A DNA stretch of 63,814 bases, counting the filler, from Octopus bimaculoides (lineage: Eukaryota), in the NCBI RefSeq assembly GCF_001194135.2. It is 5 parts of 4 records of this genome, joined end to end, with 100 filler letters (N's around TTAATTAATTAA, not from the genome) between each part and the next. Parts side by side here need not be neighbours in the genome. Positions count along the whole stretch, not along the records: positions 62,235 to 63,814 come from NW_026364900.1; 4 more parts are not named here. One strand, written 5' to 3'. Positions within the stretch are counted from its first letter, which is position 1, and each line of letters starts with the position of its first letter. Below are positions 62,830-63,814 of this stretch, piece after piece. Position numbers and translations under genes: made by a program. The notes beneath the pieces were generated by a model that was not told the DNA's origin, did not search any database, and saw nothing but the letters and a program-made list of their open reading frames with translations.

Positions 62830-63275
62830 TTTGTTTGAGCCATTGGACTGCGGCCATGCTGGAGTACAACCTTGAATGGGTTTAGTCGAACGAATCAATC
62901 CCCAATATTTCTTTTTCAACGCCTGATACTTGTTCTGTTGGCTCTTTTACCGAACCGCTAAGATATATGAAATGCAAACAAACAAGCATCGATTGTTAAG
63001 CAGCGCTAGGGAATAAACGCAAACACACACACACACACACGCACACACGCACACACAGAGATATGTATGTATGTTTGTGTGTGTATGTATGTATGTAAAT
63101 ATGTATATACACGACGGTTTTCTTCCGGTTTCCGTTAAGCAAATCCACTCACAAGGTTTTGGTCGGCTTAGCGCTATAGCAGAAGACCCTTGTCATAGAC
63201 GTCTCACAGTGGGACTGAACCCAAGACCACATGGTTAGAAAACAAGTTTCTTAACTAGACAACCACGCCTGCGCC
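62830..63275 (-). mobile_element. tRNA-derived SINE family C, near full length with an internal microsatellite; its 3' part is also at ~51870-52030
   Basis: AAATCCACTCACAAGGTTTTGGTCGGC, GGGACTGAACCC and CCACGCCTGCGC match 50122-50280 in reverse. Confidence 0.85.
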
Positions 63276-63290
63276 TAAAGTATACATGTG

Positions 63291-63345
63291 CATCTCTGGT
63301 CAGGATTGAACCACCGAACGTGCTAACCGATTGCACCACAGAGAC
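63291..63345 (-). pseudogene. tRNA-Asn-derived pseudogene lacking the anticodon arm and variable loop
   Basis: The minus strand reads GTCTCTGTGGTGCAATCGGTTAGCACGTTCGGTGGTTCAATCCTGACCAGAGATG. It matches the metazoan tRNA-Asn 5' part (GTCTCTGTGGCGCAATCGGTTAGCGCGTTCGG) joined directly to the T-arm. Confidence 0.75.
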
Positions 63346-63814
63346 TCTTCAAAATAATATCAGTCTAGTACATTAATTATTTCGCACCAAGTGGTTGATC
63401 TTGCAATATTAACTCCCCCACCCCATTCTTTATTAATTTGCTCGTAATATTCATTATGATCTAGATTAGAACATTTCGTCATTGACAGAGTACTTAATTT
63501 TGGCCATCGTTCAATGAAATTGGCTGAGTTCGACGCCTTAAGCAATTCTAATTTTACAAAACAATTCACCAGATAAAACGTGTTGAAACTTCTACTCTTT
63601 ATGTCAAACACAAAAATTTTTAATATTTACTTATTAAAGATACAGCTGAAGACACAATCGCTCTTGGAATTTATAATTACTAGACGTGACTTTCATAAAC
63701 TACAAAATATAAATATCCACAGTACCACACTTGAAACGTACTTGTTATAACTCTTTAGTTGAATGTACGTGAAGGTATTTAGAATGTCCAAACTTATTTC
63801 TGCAAATGTGCTAA

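Noticed and set aside
63360-63611. 83-aa minus-strand ORF near the window end
   Set aside because: No motif, no supporting neighbouring exon, and a length compatible with chance.

Overview
AT-rich, microsatellite-dense eukaryotic genomic DNA with roughly 6 kb of N gaps. The mix of tRNA-derived SINE families, RTE LINEs and simple repeats suggests a cephalopod, probably Octopus; this is inference, not a database match. There are no prokaryotic features: no CRISPR, rRNA or operons. Most of the window is decayed transposable elements: RTE and RTE-BovB-like LINEs, an R4/Dong-type LINE with a restriction-like endonuclease, a CR1-type fragment, three Gypsy remnants, a Neptune-type Penelope element, a nearly complete IR/DR Tc1 (DD34E), a mariner (DD34D), a Tigger/pogo, hAT-like and Chapaev3-like MITEs, a THAP mini-ORF and many SINEs. 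The only plausible host coding sequence is a phase-consistent chain of short minus-strand exons at 298-843, of unknown product. The most unusual structures are (1) a 648-bp insertion made of one Gypsy LTR, an exact 18-nt tRNA-Trp PBS and an inverted copy of the LTR start, with TGT...ACA ends, 46-bp TIRs and a 4-bp TSD checked against an empty-site paralog in the window, and (2) a Penelope GIY-YIG endonuclease whose GIY and YIG motifs are separated by about 820 nt of Thr/Ala/Pro-codon sequence. All analysis was by eye; coordinates of degenerate elements are approximate.
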